Origin: Trichoplax sp. H2
Taxonomy: Eukaryota
Assembly (NCBI GenBank): GCA_003344405.1
Contig: NOWV01000303.1
Coordinates: forward strand, 1 to 58,165
Length of the DNA: 58,165 bases
Direction: 5' to 3'
Notes under the pieces: model-generated
Databases searched by the model: none
What the model was told of the DNA's origin: nothing
Seen by the model: the letters and a program-made list of their open reading frames with translations, nothing else
In this document: piece after piece, positions 25,201 to 38,300 of the stretch
How positions within the stretch are numbered: position 1 is the stretch's first letter
How the letters are laid out: every line of letters begins with the position of its first letter
Position numbers and translations under genes: made by a program

Positions 25201-28105
25201 AAGTCAAATAAAAATTAATGATATTATTAACATACCGTTGCATGTATGATTATCGCTATCAAGTTCCTGGCCAGATGGACAACTACAGTGATAGCCATGA
25301 GCGATACTATGGCAGGTACCCTGACATCCACCTTTATTATGCCCACAACCATTGGTATCTTATTTAAAATTAGAAAGTGGTGGCAATATGAAAAGTAAAT
25401 CGAAAATGAACCTAAAATACAATAGTTAACAGCCCATTTGATAAAGATAAAAAATATATATATATAAAATCGATATAAAAATAATTAATTCATAAGCTAA
25501 TTTAGGTAGTGTATGATGATGTGATGATCAGAATGCGCTGCTTTTGATACTTCTTTATATAGTTCAGCAAGGGTGAGCAGAAATATACCTTGTTGACACA
25601 ATTTTCCTTCAAATCCTGGGCGGCAATCACAGCTAAATCCATTGGAAGTTCGTCGACATGTCCCATGTAAGCAGGGATTAGGTTTACAGTAGTCTAGATG
25701 ACAGAGATTATTCCTTAATAGCGCTGTCAAATATTGGGTGTTTAACAGTAGTCTTGCATATGCATGCAATGTAGACAGCAGTTGGAGAGATACTGAATTT
25801 TATCAGAATTTTAGATATTCAAACGTGTCAATAGCAAATAATTTTAGTTGGTATCTGGTTAAAATATCATAATAGACTGAATTAATCGCTATTCAATATG
25901 TAAAAAATTACAGTACTTTAGTCAGTCAAATCTATTCTATTTCTAATAATTAGTTACAGTCGGCAATAAACTTCAATACATTAAAAACAAGCATTAGACT
26001 TAAAGCTAAATTTGTGAAGTATCCAAAGATCAGTCAGAAATTGATATGTTGTCTTTAATAGGAATAGATGAGAGGTAAAGATAAATTCCGCGTACTAACC
26101 ATATTGATCTGAACAGTAGCGAAGAGAGCAAGTCGGTGGTGGAGGCAACTGATATATATAATGACCGCCACAATTCTTGATGTGAATAGTCTTTCTCCAG
26201 CGACAAGAATTTGAGTGCGATGAAAAGCAAACAGTACCATTGATGATGCCTTGACGAACTGAAAGAAGTATCGAAATGAGTCGACTAAATTTTATAGAAT
26301 CAGACTGATGCAGTAGCTCCTTGCAACAATTAGAAATTCAATACTGCGAAAATAAAAAAAATTGTTTTAAAGAGAATGATTAATTAATGTACATTATAAG
26401 AACATAGAGAGCTGAAAGTTTCATAGCAAAATACGCTATGATACGGTACATAGCAAAGGAAATAGCCTTCAATACGACGCATTATAATCTAGCTTAAAGA
26501 GCATTTTATCGATGATCATGTACCGAGAAGGATGTATTTCTTACAGCTATATTCAATGTGTGCCATTTTTCAGAAAAGAGTTTTACTACCTGTAGGATGA
26601 GCTGTTGCAAGCCACCCAGGTGAGCTTGCTCCACAATGAAACATACCGACTGGAGTAGTGGGCATCATTTGACTAAATTTGCCTCCATTAAATCGATACC
26701 ACTTAGAAGAATTCTGCTCTAGTAATTCTCGGTCACAATACGAAGTCCTAACTAAATTTTGAACTCTTCTAGACTCATCCTTAACGTTTATGTAAGATAT
26801 ACACGGATCTAAGACGTAACAGCTGAGATGTTAATTAAAATACGCAATTGAGAATCAATCATTTTAGTAATAAAATCATACAGATTATTTGAAATGAGAG
26901 ACAGTTACAACCTATACATGTTTGACCATCTGGTAATAATACGTAATCCTTATGACACGAGCAACGGTAGCTGCCAAAGGTATTCGTGCATTTAGACGCG
27001 CAGTTTGATATTTTTAGATCGCATTCATCAATGTCTACGGACAAATTATATAATTTTTCAATTTAAAAACTATGAATTTGGGTCTCGATATAATGTACCA
27101 TATTACAGTATTATTTATGGTCAAATAGAACGAAAAAATTGATCTATTGCATACATTATTTTTTGTTTTACCTTGATCACAATTAACTCCAGTATAGCCT
27201 TTCTTACATAAACATTGATAGTTGAAGCCATTGGCTCGGCAAACTCCATGACCACATGGAGTACTTCGGCATGGATTAATTGCTGTAATCAATTAGCGTT
27301 TACGTCATATTTTAGTTTTTATGCCACCATGTATTTTCATATAGTCTAATGTATTGAACTATAAGGTCACGATTGATCTTTAATTGCTTGCTTTGTATTG
27401 CCATGAGTTGACTTAATAGTAATAACATCAGTGACTGATCGGCGCTACGAAACTCGAATCGGCAACCGACTTTGCGTGTAATAAATTATTGATTAAAAAA
27501 GTAGATTTTTACCGTTTTCACAATTTCGACCAGTATATCCAGCTGTACAGGTACAACTATATCCTTGACTAGTATGAGTACAGACACCACCATTAGCACA
27601 AGGATTTTTTGAAACGCAAATGGCTAGAAATGAATGCAAGAGGTGTTTAGATTTATAGTACATTATAATATGCAAGACTTGGATAATATCCAATCATTTT
27701 AATATTATCGATCTTAGTTCTTATTCAATATCCAATAATTCTGATATATGCTTAATAGATTGCACTTTGCCAGTCTTGATTGAACTGTAGAATACAAATT
27801 GTTAGATATAAAATATATACTACGACATCATACCTGAAGCTTTCGATAAAATTACCAGCAATGCCATTATCTAACAGAAAGAGATATTAGGGCTAAGATA
27901 TTTAGAACACTACTAATATGCTTAATAGTAGTTACTATCTTCTCAAGCCTTTTATCTGCAATTGAGTTCTTGCAGTTATACCGATTATCAGAATATTACC
28001 AATATTTAAACGAGTAGGTATTAATGTAATTATCCCAAATCTTATCTCTTAGCTCACCCAGAAATGAAAAAGAATGCCATGAAACATCCTTGTTCGCATT
28101 GCCAT
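16246..28105 (-). CDS. Gene B (complete, 24 exons, about 935 aa): secreted EGF (17) / D8C (2) protein with Cys/Trp-rich C-terminal tail
   Basis: Exons: 28058-28105 (MAMRTRMFHGILFHFW), 27834-27870 (IMALLVILSKAS); EGF 27513-27623, 27172-27282, 26912-27034; D8C 26590-26808 + 26100-26258; EGF 25589-25693, 25236-25358; divergent D8C 24881-25072 + 24407-24568; EGF 23793-23903, 23372-23476, 22968-23075, 22175-22279, 21966-22076, 21557-21667, 20854-20964, 20541-20651, 19900-20010, 19137-19253, 17543-17665, 16775-16882; terminal 16246-16331 (WPQCSCWNMPCLWNKLMAGQCPKLFHL*). Summed length 2808 nt, in frame from ATG to TAA. Confidence 0.88.
20420..21005. repeat. Tandem exon+intron duplication, period about 313 bp (gene B)
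   Basis: Intron segments AAACTGCCTGTATGGTATTCTCCTGTAACTGG and AAACTGCCAGTATGGTATTCTTCGGTAACTGC, plus near-identical exons 20541-20651 and 20854-20964. Confidence 0.85.
23583..23687 (-). pseudogene. Dead EGF exon inside gene B
   Basis: 105 nt reading DPYLSNTCLNKIGIVNKDS*TYT*NKEYYGKYCQL: two stops, four Cys lost, acceptor AG changed to AA, donor GTAAGT intact. Positionally equivalent to the intact exons D 53574-53678 and C 40123-40227. Confidence 0.85.
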
Positions 28106-31100
28106 ATTTTTCAGTGGAGCAGTTGACTAGCTAAATTACTATTAGCCTTGTAATAGCACGAGTCGATTCCAAAAAATCATCTATGCAGTAAAGTTTTCAA
28201 AGCAAATGCTGTACTTTTGCAGTGTATTATAAAATTTATGTATTCTGATCATTATTAAAAAATGTATAATCTAAACATTTGCTCATTTTTTCCATGCCTA
28301 AGAGTAAACAATAAACTCCTTGCATCACGAGGATTAAATATGTTCATATTTATTAATTAATTATTGCAGCGATTGGAAAACAACTCATAGACATTTTAAA
28401 TCCGAAATTAGTGACTTTGAATGTATATTACCTAGAAGTTAATTATTTAGTACTATAATTTATCACCACAGTTCTGTAGTATTATAGTATCTGGTGTTTG
28501 TATATTTTGGTACGATTCGATATTAATTACCCATACTGTGATATAATGAAATTGGCTAGATTACAGATGTACAAGTAAAGTGTTTTCAAAAAGGGCTACC
28601 GTTGGATTACGTATGATTGAATTATTGTGATGACTAATACTGACTCAAAAAATGTTTTTTCCATCGATCAATCATACTCACACATTAGATACAGTATGTT
28701 CGATATAATTAATTTCCGAGAAATGAACTGAAAGTATCTTATCGATATTGTATTGTTGGACCCAACTGTAAATAAACATTTGCTATAATTCCTTAGATAA
28801 TTTTCTCTTTAGGGAGGCCAATACAATTGAGAAGATACATGTTAGAGTACACATTTTTAGATATTGCTGGAGGTATTTGTTTGTGAAATCAATAGCCGGA
28901 AGTATTATAATTCTGGAATGGCATTTCCCTCGCATATCTATTTACAGTTACGCATCATTGTACATTGCATTTTTGTAAACTAAGGGCGGTCTAAGGTCCA
29001 TATTTTCAGGAGCCCAGGAAAATAAAAGTAATTACAATTACCCTCATTAAAAAAAATACCGATATCGGATAAATAGGGAAAACAATTACTCATTACATCA
29101 TCCTACCATTTAGTTCTCTCAGTAAACAAGTATTAGTACGAAAGCTATTTTACCATTAAAGTGTTAAAATTGAGTATATCATTTGAAAATGCAATCTGTC
29201 GTCAATAATAACGAAGACAATGTTTAAGATGTTGATTATACCAATATTTTTCTCAATGCTTAAGTTTTCATATCTCTACAGTAAATACGCTTATAATAAT
29301 GAAAACTGTTTTGCCTTCAAGTTTCTCCCTTCTCAATAAGAACGTCAATTTATCAACAATACACTGATTTGGTTAATATTAGCATTAATTAACTCCAATT
29401 TTCGCATCAGATTTATTTCAAAGTATTTTTAACATAAGTTCACAATGACAAGGCGTTAATTGATCTACACAAGTAATATCGATTCTGTCATGCCTAGAAT
29501 TAATAAAATCCAGTAATTAATTACAATTATCAAAAAAATCGTTACGCTGCTTATACTCATGCATATAGTAGTTTATTATCGAATTAATACGCTTATTGTA
29601 TAAAAAATGGATCATTACTTTCTGCTTCATGTAGTATTGCTTTACTTAAGCAAAATATATTTGAGAAGGTTTTTTAGCTTGCTACAATTCTCTATTAAAA
29701 TTAAATCTAAGATTTTAAAATTCTAATATGATCTAATCATAGCATTTATAAATATATTTGATCTTGTGTAAGAAGCATATTTTAAAATTTTTACTATCAA
29801 CTTACTAATCATAATTCCAATATATGTTAATATAGTCCTCATAAATTCACTGAAAAATCGTTTTATACCACTAGAGTTTTACCTTATATACCTCCTTCAA
29901 CATCTACTTCGTAAATCGTAATCAGTATCAGTGTTCATTTACTAATTGGTATAGAGTAGAGTTATATTTCGATAAACGTAAAAAGCATAGGCTATAAAAA
30001 AGGAAGGTGGATCATCTAAAACACTATCATTTATTCCATAGATAACATCGTCCATATTAATTTGTCTTCATGATTCTTTATGCTGTACATCACGAATATC
30101 GCGTCTAGTCGTTGTTTAATTTCCATGTGTTATATGTCAAAGTAATGATTTCATTGATGTTAATCTATGCTATTTTGATGATAGTTATATATAATATGTG
30201 TGTAATGCATCGTCCTAATATAGATATTGATAAACTATTAGTCACGTGTTAAAAGTTATCCAGTTCATCTTAACCAGGGTCGATTTCTGTTTTTTAACAG
30301 TATTAGATTAATACGTTTACTATAGGATGTAAGCTTATGCTATATGATTTTGTATGGAAATGATTGCTTGTAAAAGTAATCGAAGTCTGTTTATCCCGTT
30401 TATCTTAACCGTTTTCGACTGATTATATGAGAGATGAAAATTGAATGCACTCTCACGGACAGACGGAACAATAAACGTAGTTTTAAAACTACTCTCTCGG
30501 TTGTGAGGGTTTATTGCATATCATAAGGATTTACTTAACTAACTCAGATTAAGAGTTAGAGGTCGCGAACCTATAGCAATAGTAAAAGACTATTACTCGG
30601 TCATTACAGTCAATAAGGCTTTAAAAGTATATGCCGTAGTACTGCATACTTATGCAATTGTCAATGAAAGAGAAAGAAAACAAAGTTTTATTATTACTAA
30701 CTTAACAGATCAGATAACAGTGCATTGCATTGCAGTCAAGTGTTACTCCAAACTCAGATTGATTCTGCTCATTAATTCATTACTTAATAATTATAGATAT
30801 AGTTTTAAAGTTTACCAAAGTTGCCGTCCGAGACAAATTCAATTTGCATGTCTAAATAGAATTAATCATAGATAAATTATATTCGCACACAAGATCACAG
30901 GAATTGTTAAAAATATCGTTTTTGCGCCACATCTTCGCAAAAATGGATATTTCATGTTATTCCGTGAGCTTGTACTGCTGTAATTATGGCTAAGTTCCCC
31001 TATTTCCTTAATTGATTCCAACGTTAATTTACTTTGGCTATAGTAGGATAAATACTTATTTTCAGAAACTAGTAGATTTGTATTTTTAGTTGAAGTTACG

Positions 31101-32367
31101 GCAATTTTTAGTGATTTAACTCATGCAGAAGCGTGCTGTAGAATAGACATAAAAAGTATCTAGTGCTAATATAATTAACTTTCAATTACGATAAGATATT
31201 GAAAAGAATTCGTACGGTTACTGTAGAGGATAAAAATTCAAATGACGCAAATATTTTCTCTATTTTTTCTACCTCAGTATCTACATAGAAATTTTATTCA
31301 CATTTTATCTTGACTAGCTCTAATGCAATAATCAATCGTCGGATTACTTAGCTACAGTAATATCGAATGAATGAATAGAAGCTATTACTACAATTCAGAT
31401 AGATATTTGCATGCAGTGCTGTTCAAAGTTGGTTACAAGATTTAGATTGCAAGCTTTTGTAAGACTGCAGATACCTGTTCAATAATAGCCATTTGCACTT
31501 CGGTAAAGCGATTCGCGTAACAAAGTGAAGTTTGAAAGGAAACTGGAGCTCTTGTCATATCATTTGAGATATTTTATTGCTTCGAATGAGCATTCTTTTA
31601 TTCCATTACTTTTACTTTCTTTAATATTTTATTTCGTAACTACCTCGCAATAATCGCTACGGTAATGGATTGAATTTCATGAGGAAGACAATGATAAGCT
31701 AACGCATTATTTTAGATATTTTCTATATGAGTAAGCAGCAATTACAGCTGTGATCAAGATTTAAATAAAAATAATATCGATATATCCTATTGTTGCTCCA
31801 ATATTTTGTTTTGAATCATGAAAATGTGAGCGTTAATATGTACTACCGCACTTTCCGCAAAGCTATCGCTAACAGATCTTTTTGTAACAGTAACTAAGGT
31901 TTTAGTTGAATTATGAAAATGAGACTACATTCTTTCTTTAAAGCTATCGCTAATAAATCTTTTTAAATTAATTATACCTTACTCATCTGACTGCGGTAAA
32001 GAATATTTTCCTTTAGATTTGAATACAATTACAGCTCATAATCGCTAAGAAAAGTGCAAGTACGAAAATGAAATGAAAAGATCATTGGTATACAGCTATT
32101 AGTATACAGCCTTAGCACAGTCAGGCCATCGCATGTATCATTAGCTTGAATGTGAAACGGAATCACTCGTTGTTATCAAGCAAATTACTTTTACAACTAA
32201 TGCAGGAGTACTACTACACACTACCATCTTATCTACTTGAAACAGTAGAATTTTAATCGATAACTATATCGGTAATAAAGTTACTCATGCAAATTTTAAG
32301 TACAGAAATTGATTTGAAATCAATTAAAATAGTAACATTCAAATGATTAAAAGTTTCAACATTAATC

Positions 32368-35300
32368 TTAGTATTGACCAATGTTACATTTACCAGTCCG
32401 CATTTTCCTTATTATGCATTTTACATTCCAACAACCACAGACCGGCCATGCTAAAAATGAAACACAGTACATGTTAACATTATACTTAGAGTTGATGATG
32501 CTATGAGAAATTCTTTTATGATATCTGAGTATGTACGAGAACTTTAATTCAACAAAATGGAGTGTTACAAGCCAATAAAATTGGTAAGGTATACTTTGCG
32601 TGAATTAATTTATTTATTAACTATCATGAGTGCTATTTCACTGCTAATTACCGATACTACTCAGTAATCGATGGTTTAAGAATCGTATAACATTGAATTA
32701 TAATTGTCTCAACAAAGCCTATAGAGCGTTCTATGCTTACCACGTTCACATCTTAAGCCAAAGTAGCTGGACTTACACTGGCATTCTTCCCCTCGCCTAT
32801 CAGCAATACATGTGCCTCCATTTTGGCAGGGATTAGGATTACACGCGCCTTAAAATTGGAAAAAATCTAAGTATTTATAGCTCGTCAACATCAAACTAAA
32901 CGGAATATCGGAATAATAAGCATTAGTAGTAACAGCAATAATGCTGTCGCGTGTATAATATTATATAGTTACAGCTTGCTAAAAATGGGTTAAGTTCAAG
33001 TATTTATGGTTCGCTAAAGTAAAAGTAAACGGATTATCTCCAATAATACCTATAGCAATAACAGCAATAATACAATAACACGTATAATATTATATACGAA
33101 TAGTTACAACTTGTTAAAAAAGATTAAAGACTCGGTGTCAATGCTTAGCAAGATCACCATCTAGTTTTCGCTATAATGTATTTACAATGACTCAAATTAA
33201 CTGACTATTTTTATAAATGATCCAAATTTCGTTACACATCAAGGTATTTTATTATTTATTCCAGAATATCTTCAAGATACTGGGGTATATCATATACTGT
33301 AGCGTAAGAGTATTAGATACGCCAGTAGAATGGGTACGGTATGCTTTGAGTTGCTGAATTAAGCTTTCAGATACTTAATTATTATAATAATAATAAATCA
33401 TTTAACCTTTACAATATGTTAATAATTCTTAAGAACTTTCAATTGTGAGGCAATTTTTCTATGATCTCCTTTTTTTTAATATACTCTTACGTTTTTGGCA
33501 ATTTTGTCCAAAATAACCAGGATTACATCTGCAACGATAACCACGTCTATGGGCTACACATAAACCATATCCACAGGGATTAGGCTTACAAATTTCTAGT
33601 TAAAATAGTAAAAAATAAAGAATAAGATTGAAATTGCTGCAGCGGAAACTTACCCTATTTCGACTATTTTATCACAATTCAAAAACGCGGATCAACATTC
33701 GATATCACCTTAATTGGTGCTAGCAATAGCTTAAAATACACAATTTATTATAATATCATGAATTCCTGTAAAATGAGGCTATTTATACAAAATGTACTGG
33801 TGTAATGAACAATAATAATAACATCCGTTTGCTTATTAAGTAGCTTCATCGATTTGAACCTACAACATAATTCTCAGCTAGATTCCATGTAACTTATTTA
33901 GTACAGTATTCAAGCGAATCTAATTGCAAGATTTAGATATAACCTAACCAATTTCGCAGTAAACTCCTTTGAATCCAGGTTGGCAAAGGCATTGATAACC
34001 ATCACGCGAAGGTAAGCATTTTCCGTTATTCCGGCAAAGCTTAGCTTTACAAGTTAATTTTTCTGATATAACGACGAAACATGTATCAAATCAAATTTTA
34101 GAAAATCGTAACACTTGCAAATACGTATGCTCTATAAAATTTAGGACAGTAAGTAAATGCAAAGTAGAATGACTACTCCTAAGCTTCTTTTAGTTTTATT
34201 AATATTTGTGATGGTTAAGATGGCATAAATTATCAAATAGATCATAGAACGATCATGATAGAAGTATAATCTGTCTGAATCAAAAATTGTCTCCATGGCA
34301 AAAATTTTAAATCGGACTGTAATACTAAGCTTTAAAATGAATAAGGCCACCGTAAACATTCAGTATTCTATAATCTCATCGTAGGTAATTATAGCTGTTA
34401 TACAATCTCTTAAGATATATCTAATTTAACTTTAAAACTGATTTGTTAAATAAATTCTTCAGGAAATGATCACTTTATTCAATGTTAATATACAAATATT
34501 CAGAGACCAACTTTTTTCGCAATATAATCCCTGGAAACCACTTGGACATCGACATTTATAAAACCTTCCATAGATAGGTTCACATTTTCCGTTATTTTGG
34601 CAAGGATTTGCTTGGCAAACTCCTTTATTCAAGATATGTACAGTAGATTGAAATATGATGGTCAGCAAAAGGGCAGTTAATCAAGGAGCAATAATAACAT
34701 GAATATGATTGATCTATTAATAGTAGAAACGATGAAAGCTAAAATCTATTGCTTGTTAAACTTCGATAGCCGTTTATGACTATATGGATGAGCCTGTCAA
34801 GGAAAAAAGCCTAGCAAAAGTCATACTATACTATATCTCATGGCTTATGGCATTTCTATAATTTTCATTTTCTGTGAACTTCCTGACTAGATATCAGCGG
34901 CTAAAAAGTATCCGCAGAGCAATATGAAAATTATCAGAATTGCCATTCAAATCTCATCATAGGTAAGATTCTGCTCTAAATACGCTAGCCATTAAAGCAG
35001 GTTCACGCCAGAAAAAATTTAATGAGATATAGCTACAGCGAATACTAATCGTAATGAATACTATATGATAGCACATTTTACAGTATTCCCTCAGATTAGC
35101 GATTCAAATTTGTAAAATTAAAGCCTTAGCCTTATATTCTGTAATGATGGAATTTAGCAGCATATCTGGATTAGTTCAGCAATAAATTTCTCGGCTAACA
35201 TCTGGGAAATCATATCATCCAATGTGGCATTACATACATATATTTTATACTGTACATAGACTAACTGTCTTCGCAAAATTCGCCATAGAATCCAGTCTTA

Positions 35301-38300
35301 CAACGACATTTATAGTAAGGTCCATGAATAGGGTCACAGGTTCCGCCATTCTTGCAAGGATTTATCTGGCAAACCTCTTCATTAATAAAGACGTGGAAAT
35401 GAGGTTTCAAAGTCAGAAATTAAATGAGTAATATCAGTAATAGTTTAAGACTTTCATTAGCATTCGCCGTATTTCAGCGGCCACCATAGCCTAAACCTGA
35501 GAATGATACTGCTGTAGAGTCGTGAGCTTTATCCGTAAGAATACTATTCTGCTAGTTACTTTAGCTCTAAATAATGGAATTAAACTGTAAAACTGGATAA
35601 AAACTATCAGAAATTCAATACTTTACGAAGACTTCATAGGAAATCTCAGCTCTCAAGTCCACGATCGAAATATGGACTGATCACTGCCCAATGATCATTG
35701 TAAGTAGTTAAATCTTAGTTTCACGTTCAATAACGTAGTGGCAGTATTTACGGAATGTGATCAAATTAACGGAATCAAATTCACTTGATTCTTCCCAATT
35801 ATTATACTTAATAAGATGTTTTACATATTTGTGTAAACGTACTTTGCTGACAATGTGTGCCCATAAATCCAGAAGGACATTCACATCTATAATAAGGTCC
35901 ATATGTGGGTTCGCAAATTCCGCTGTTTTTGCAAGGATTTATCTGGCAAACTCCTGTAATAATATTATCCAAATGAAATATTATTATAATTTATCAAGCT
36001 AACAAGTAATATTAGTAAGAGCTGGGTTAGTTTATTAGTAAATAAGTTACTGATTTCTACATTCTACACTTTTTATAAAGCATTAGATAGAAGTTCATGA
36101 CAGTAATTGTTGGGAAAGATCGTCATCGCAAAGAAAAGTCTGCCATGGTACGCTATGCTTAGCCTTATAGTTGACGACTCTTAATAAGTTTACCCCTACT
36201 TGAATGAACAGCTATTGTTAGGAGGATGATGGAGCAATAAGTATATAAGGATAATCTTTTAACCCTAAAAATTTCTTAGGACTCAGGTGTTAACAAGTAA
36301 ATTATTGTAAGTCGAGACGGTAGGTTAAAAACGACTGCTGAAGAATAAATACTTTTTGCTTCACTTCTGATATAACAAAATTTCATAATAGAAATTGACA
36401 TAAAATTAAAAATATCCTCTTTTCATTAGTTATATGCCGCATTAAATTATAACTGTTGACTGTGTTACTGATAGGAATGTAGTATTAGCCTTTAAAGATG
36501 CATTTAAATTATCAATAGAACGAGTTCAGTCAGGGTAAAGTATGCTTAGTCTTATAGCTGATGACGATTAATAAGTTTAACTCTATTTGAGTAGACAGCT
36601 ATCGTTTTGTAAATGATGAAACAATAATGATCATGTAAGGATAAGCTTAAAACTCTCTAAAATACCTCATGGCTTAGGAGCGTATAAGTGAATTGAATTG
36701 AGACTTTAGAATCGGACACATGTGCTAGACAATTAAAGTTATTTCACATCTAATATAATAGAATCTCGTATTAGAAATTGACTCAAAATTGAAAATATGC
36801 TCCTTCTCTTGGCTATATCCGGTGTGAAATATAAGTTTGTATCCGTCGACTTAATTAAACACGGTAATGTACAGGTAGTCTTTAGCTATGGAACTATATT
36901 TATTAAAGTTTTGGTTTGATTCTCTCAATTAGCGATAAATTTGCTACCGCTGACTCATCGAACCCCTCTTTTAAAATTGGTTACATTCTTTGGTCCAAGA
37001 CTATTAAATATTAATAATCTAAATTAAATTCTTTTACTGACTATAATCTTAAAAGGCAAAAGAAGACGCTAACTCATCCAACCGTTTTACAGTTGGTTAA
37101 ATTTGTTGACCCAAGACTACTAAAGTATTAATAATGCAAAACAAAATTCCGTCATTGACTGTGATCTTAATAGGTAGAAGGAGAAACTGAGGTAAATATT
37201 ACTAACAAACGATTTGAAACTTTGAGATATCGTAGCGGATCGACTAAAAAATGTCATAGTAATGATTAAAGTGAAACCGACAATATTTTGTATAGATTAC
37301 GGTCATAATATGAAAATGGAATCTCTAATATTTCACTTCACTTCATAGCATAATAGTAATGTTTATATATGTGCTTAAATCATTCTAAAAAGGAATTTTA
37401 CTTGAAATCGTTCAGAATGAGTTCATCTAACTAGATATGTCCAAATTACTAACGCTTTTCACAATGGGATCCATAGTATCCAGAATGGCAACGGCATTTG
37501 TAATAACTTCCGTATGTGGGCTCGCATTCTCCACTATTCTTGCAAGGATTTGTTCGGCAAACATCTACATTAATGAATATTAGTTCAAAATTTTACCGGT
37601 AGTAAAATTAAAAACACCTAAAAGATTTTGATTGCTTTGTTATAGAAAACAAATTGCCAGTTAATACTTAGGGTTTCTAGAATATTAGATACCGTAGTTA
37701 TTGTAAGACCTACGGCTTAATAAAATAACATTTTAATGAGCAAGCCAATAGCAAGCTAATATTGTGCAATAGCTTGCTTTTGAATGTTCAATCTTTCAAT
37801 ATTTGATTTGTATATTAAACAGTGACGGATTAATTATGAGAGAGTGATGAAAAGATTATTAAATAGCTGCTAATTTACTCACGATTTTGGCAGTTGTTCC
37901 CGTAGTATCCGTTCTTACAAAGGCAACGATAACCAGGTTGTAATGACTGACATTGGCCATCATTTTGACAAGGATTGGAGTGGCAACCATAAGCTATCAG
38001 AATAGTAATAAATTTAATTTTATGTAAGAGAAAAGAATATGAAAATAAAACATTAGCAAATTATCTTTCAATTATATTGTCTTAGTCTAACAAGATTGAC
38101 ATTCTCTTCCATAAAATCCTGCTGAGCAATTGCAATAATATCCATAGTTACGAAGTTCACATTGGCCATTATTACATGGACTAGGATTACAATAGTCTAG
38201 CATTGTGAGAAGAAATTGTTAGACATGTGATATACTCATATACTAGAATTCTAAGAGGTAACATCTAAGATACAGCTAAAGCTCGAAATAAGGTTATATG

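Noticed and set aside
30478..30493. Perfect palindrome GTAGTTTTAAAACTAC
   Set aside because: Isolated, AT-rich, with no supporting context.
28200..32300. Hidden gene in the B-C intergenic region
   Set aside because: No ORF of 60 aa or more and no recognisable exon chain; very small exons cannot be excluded by eye.
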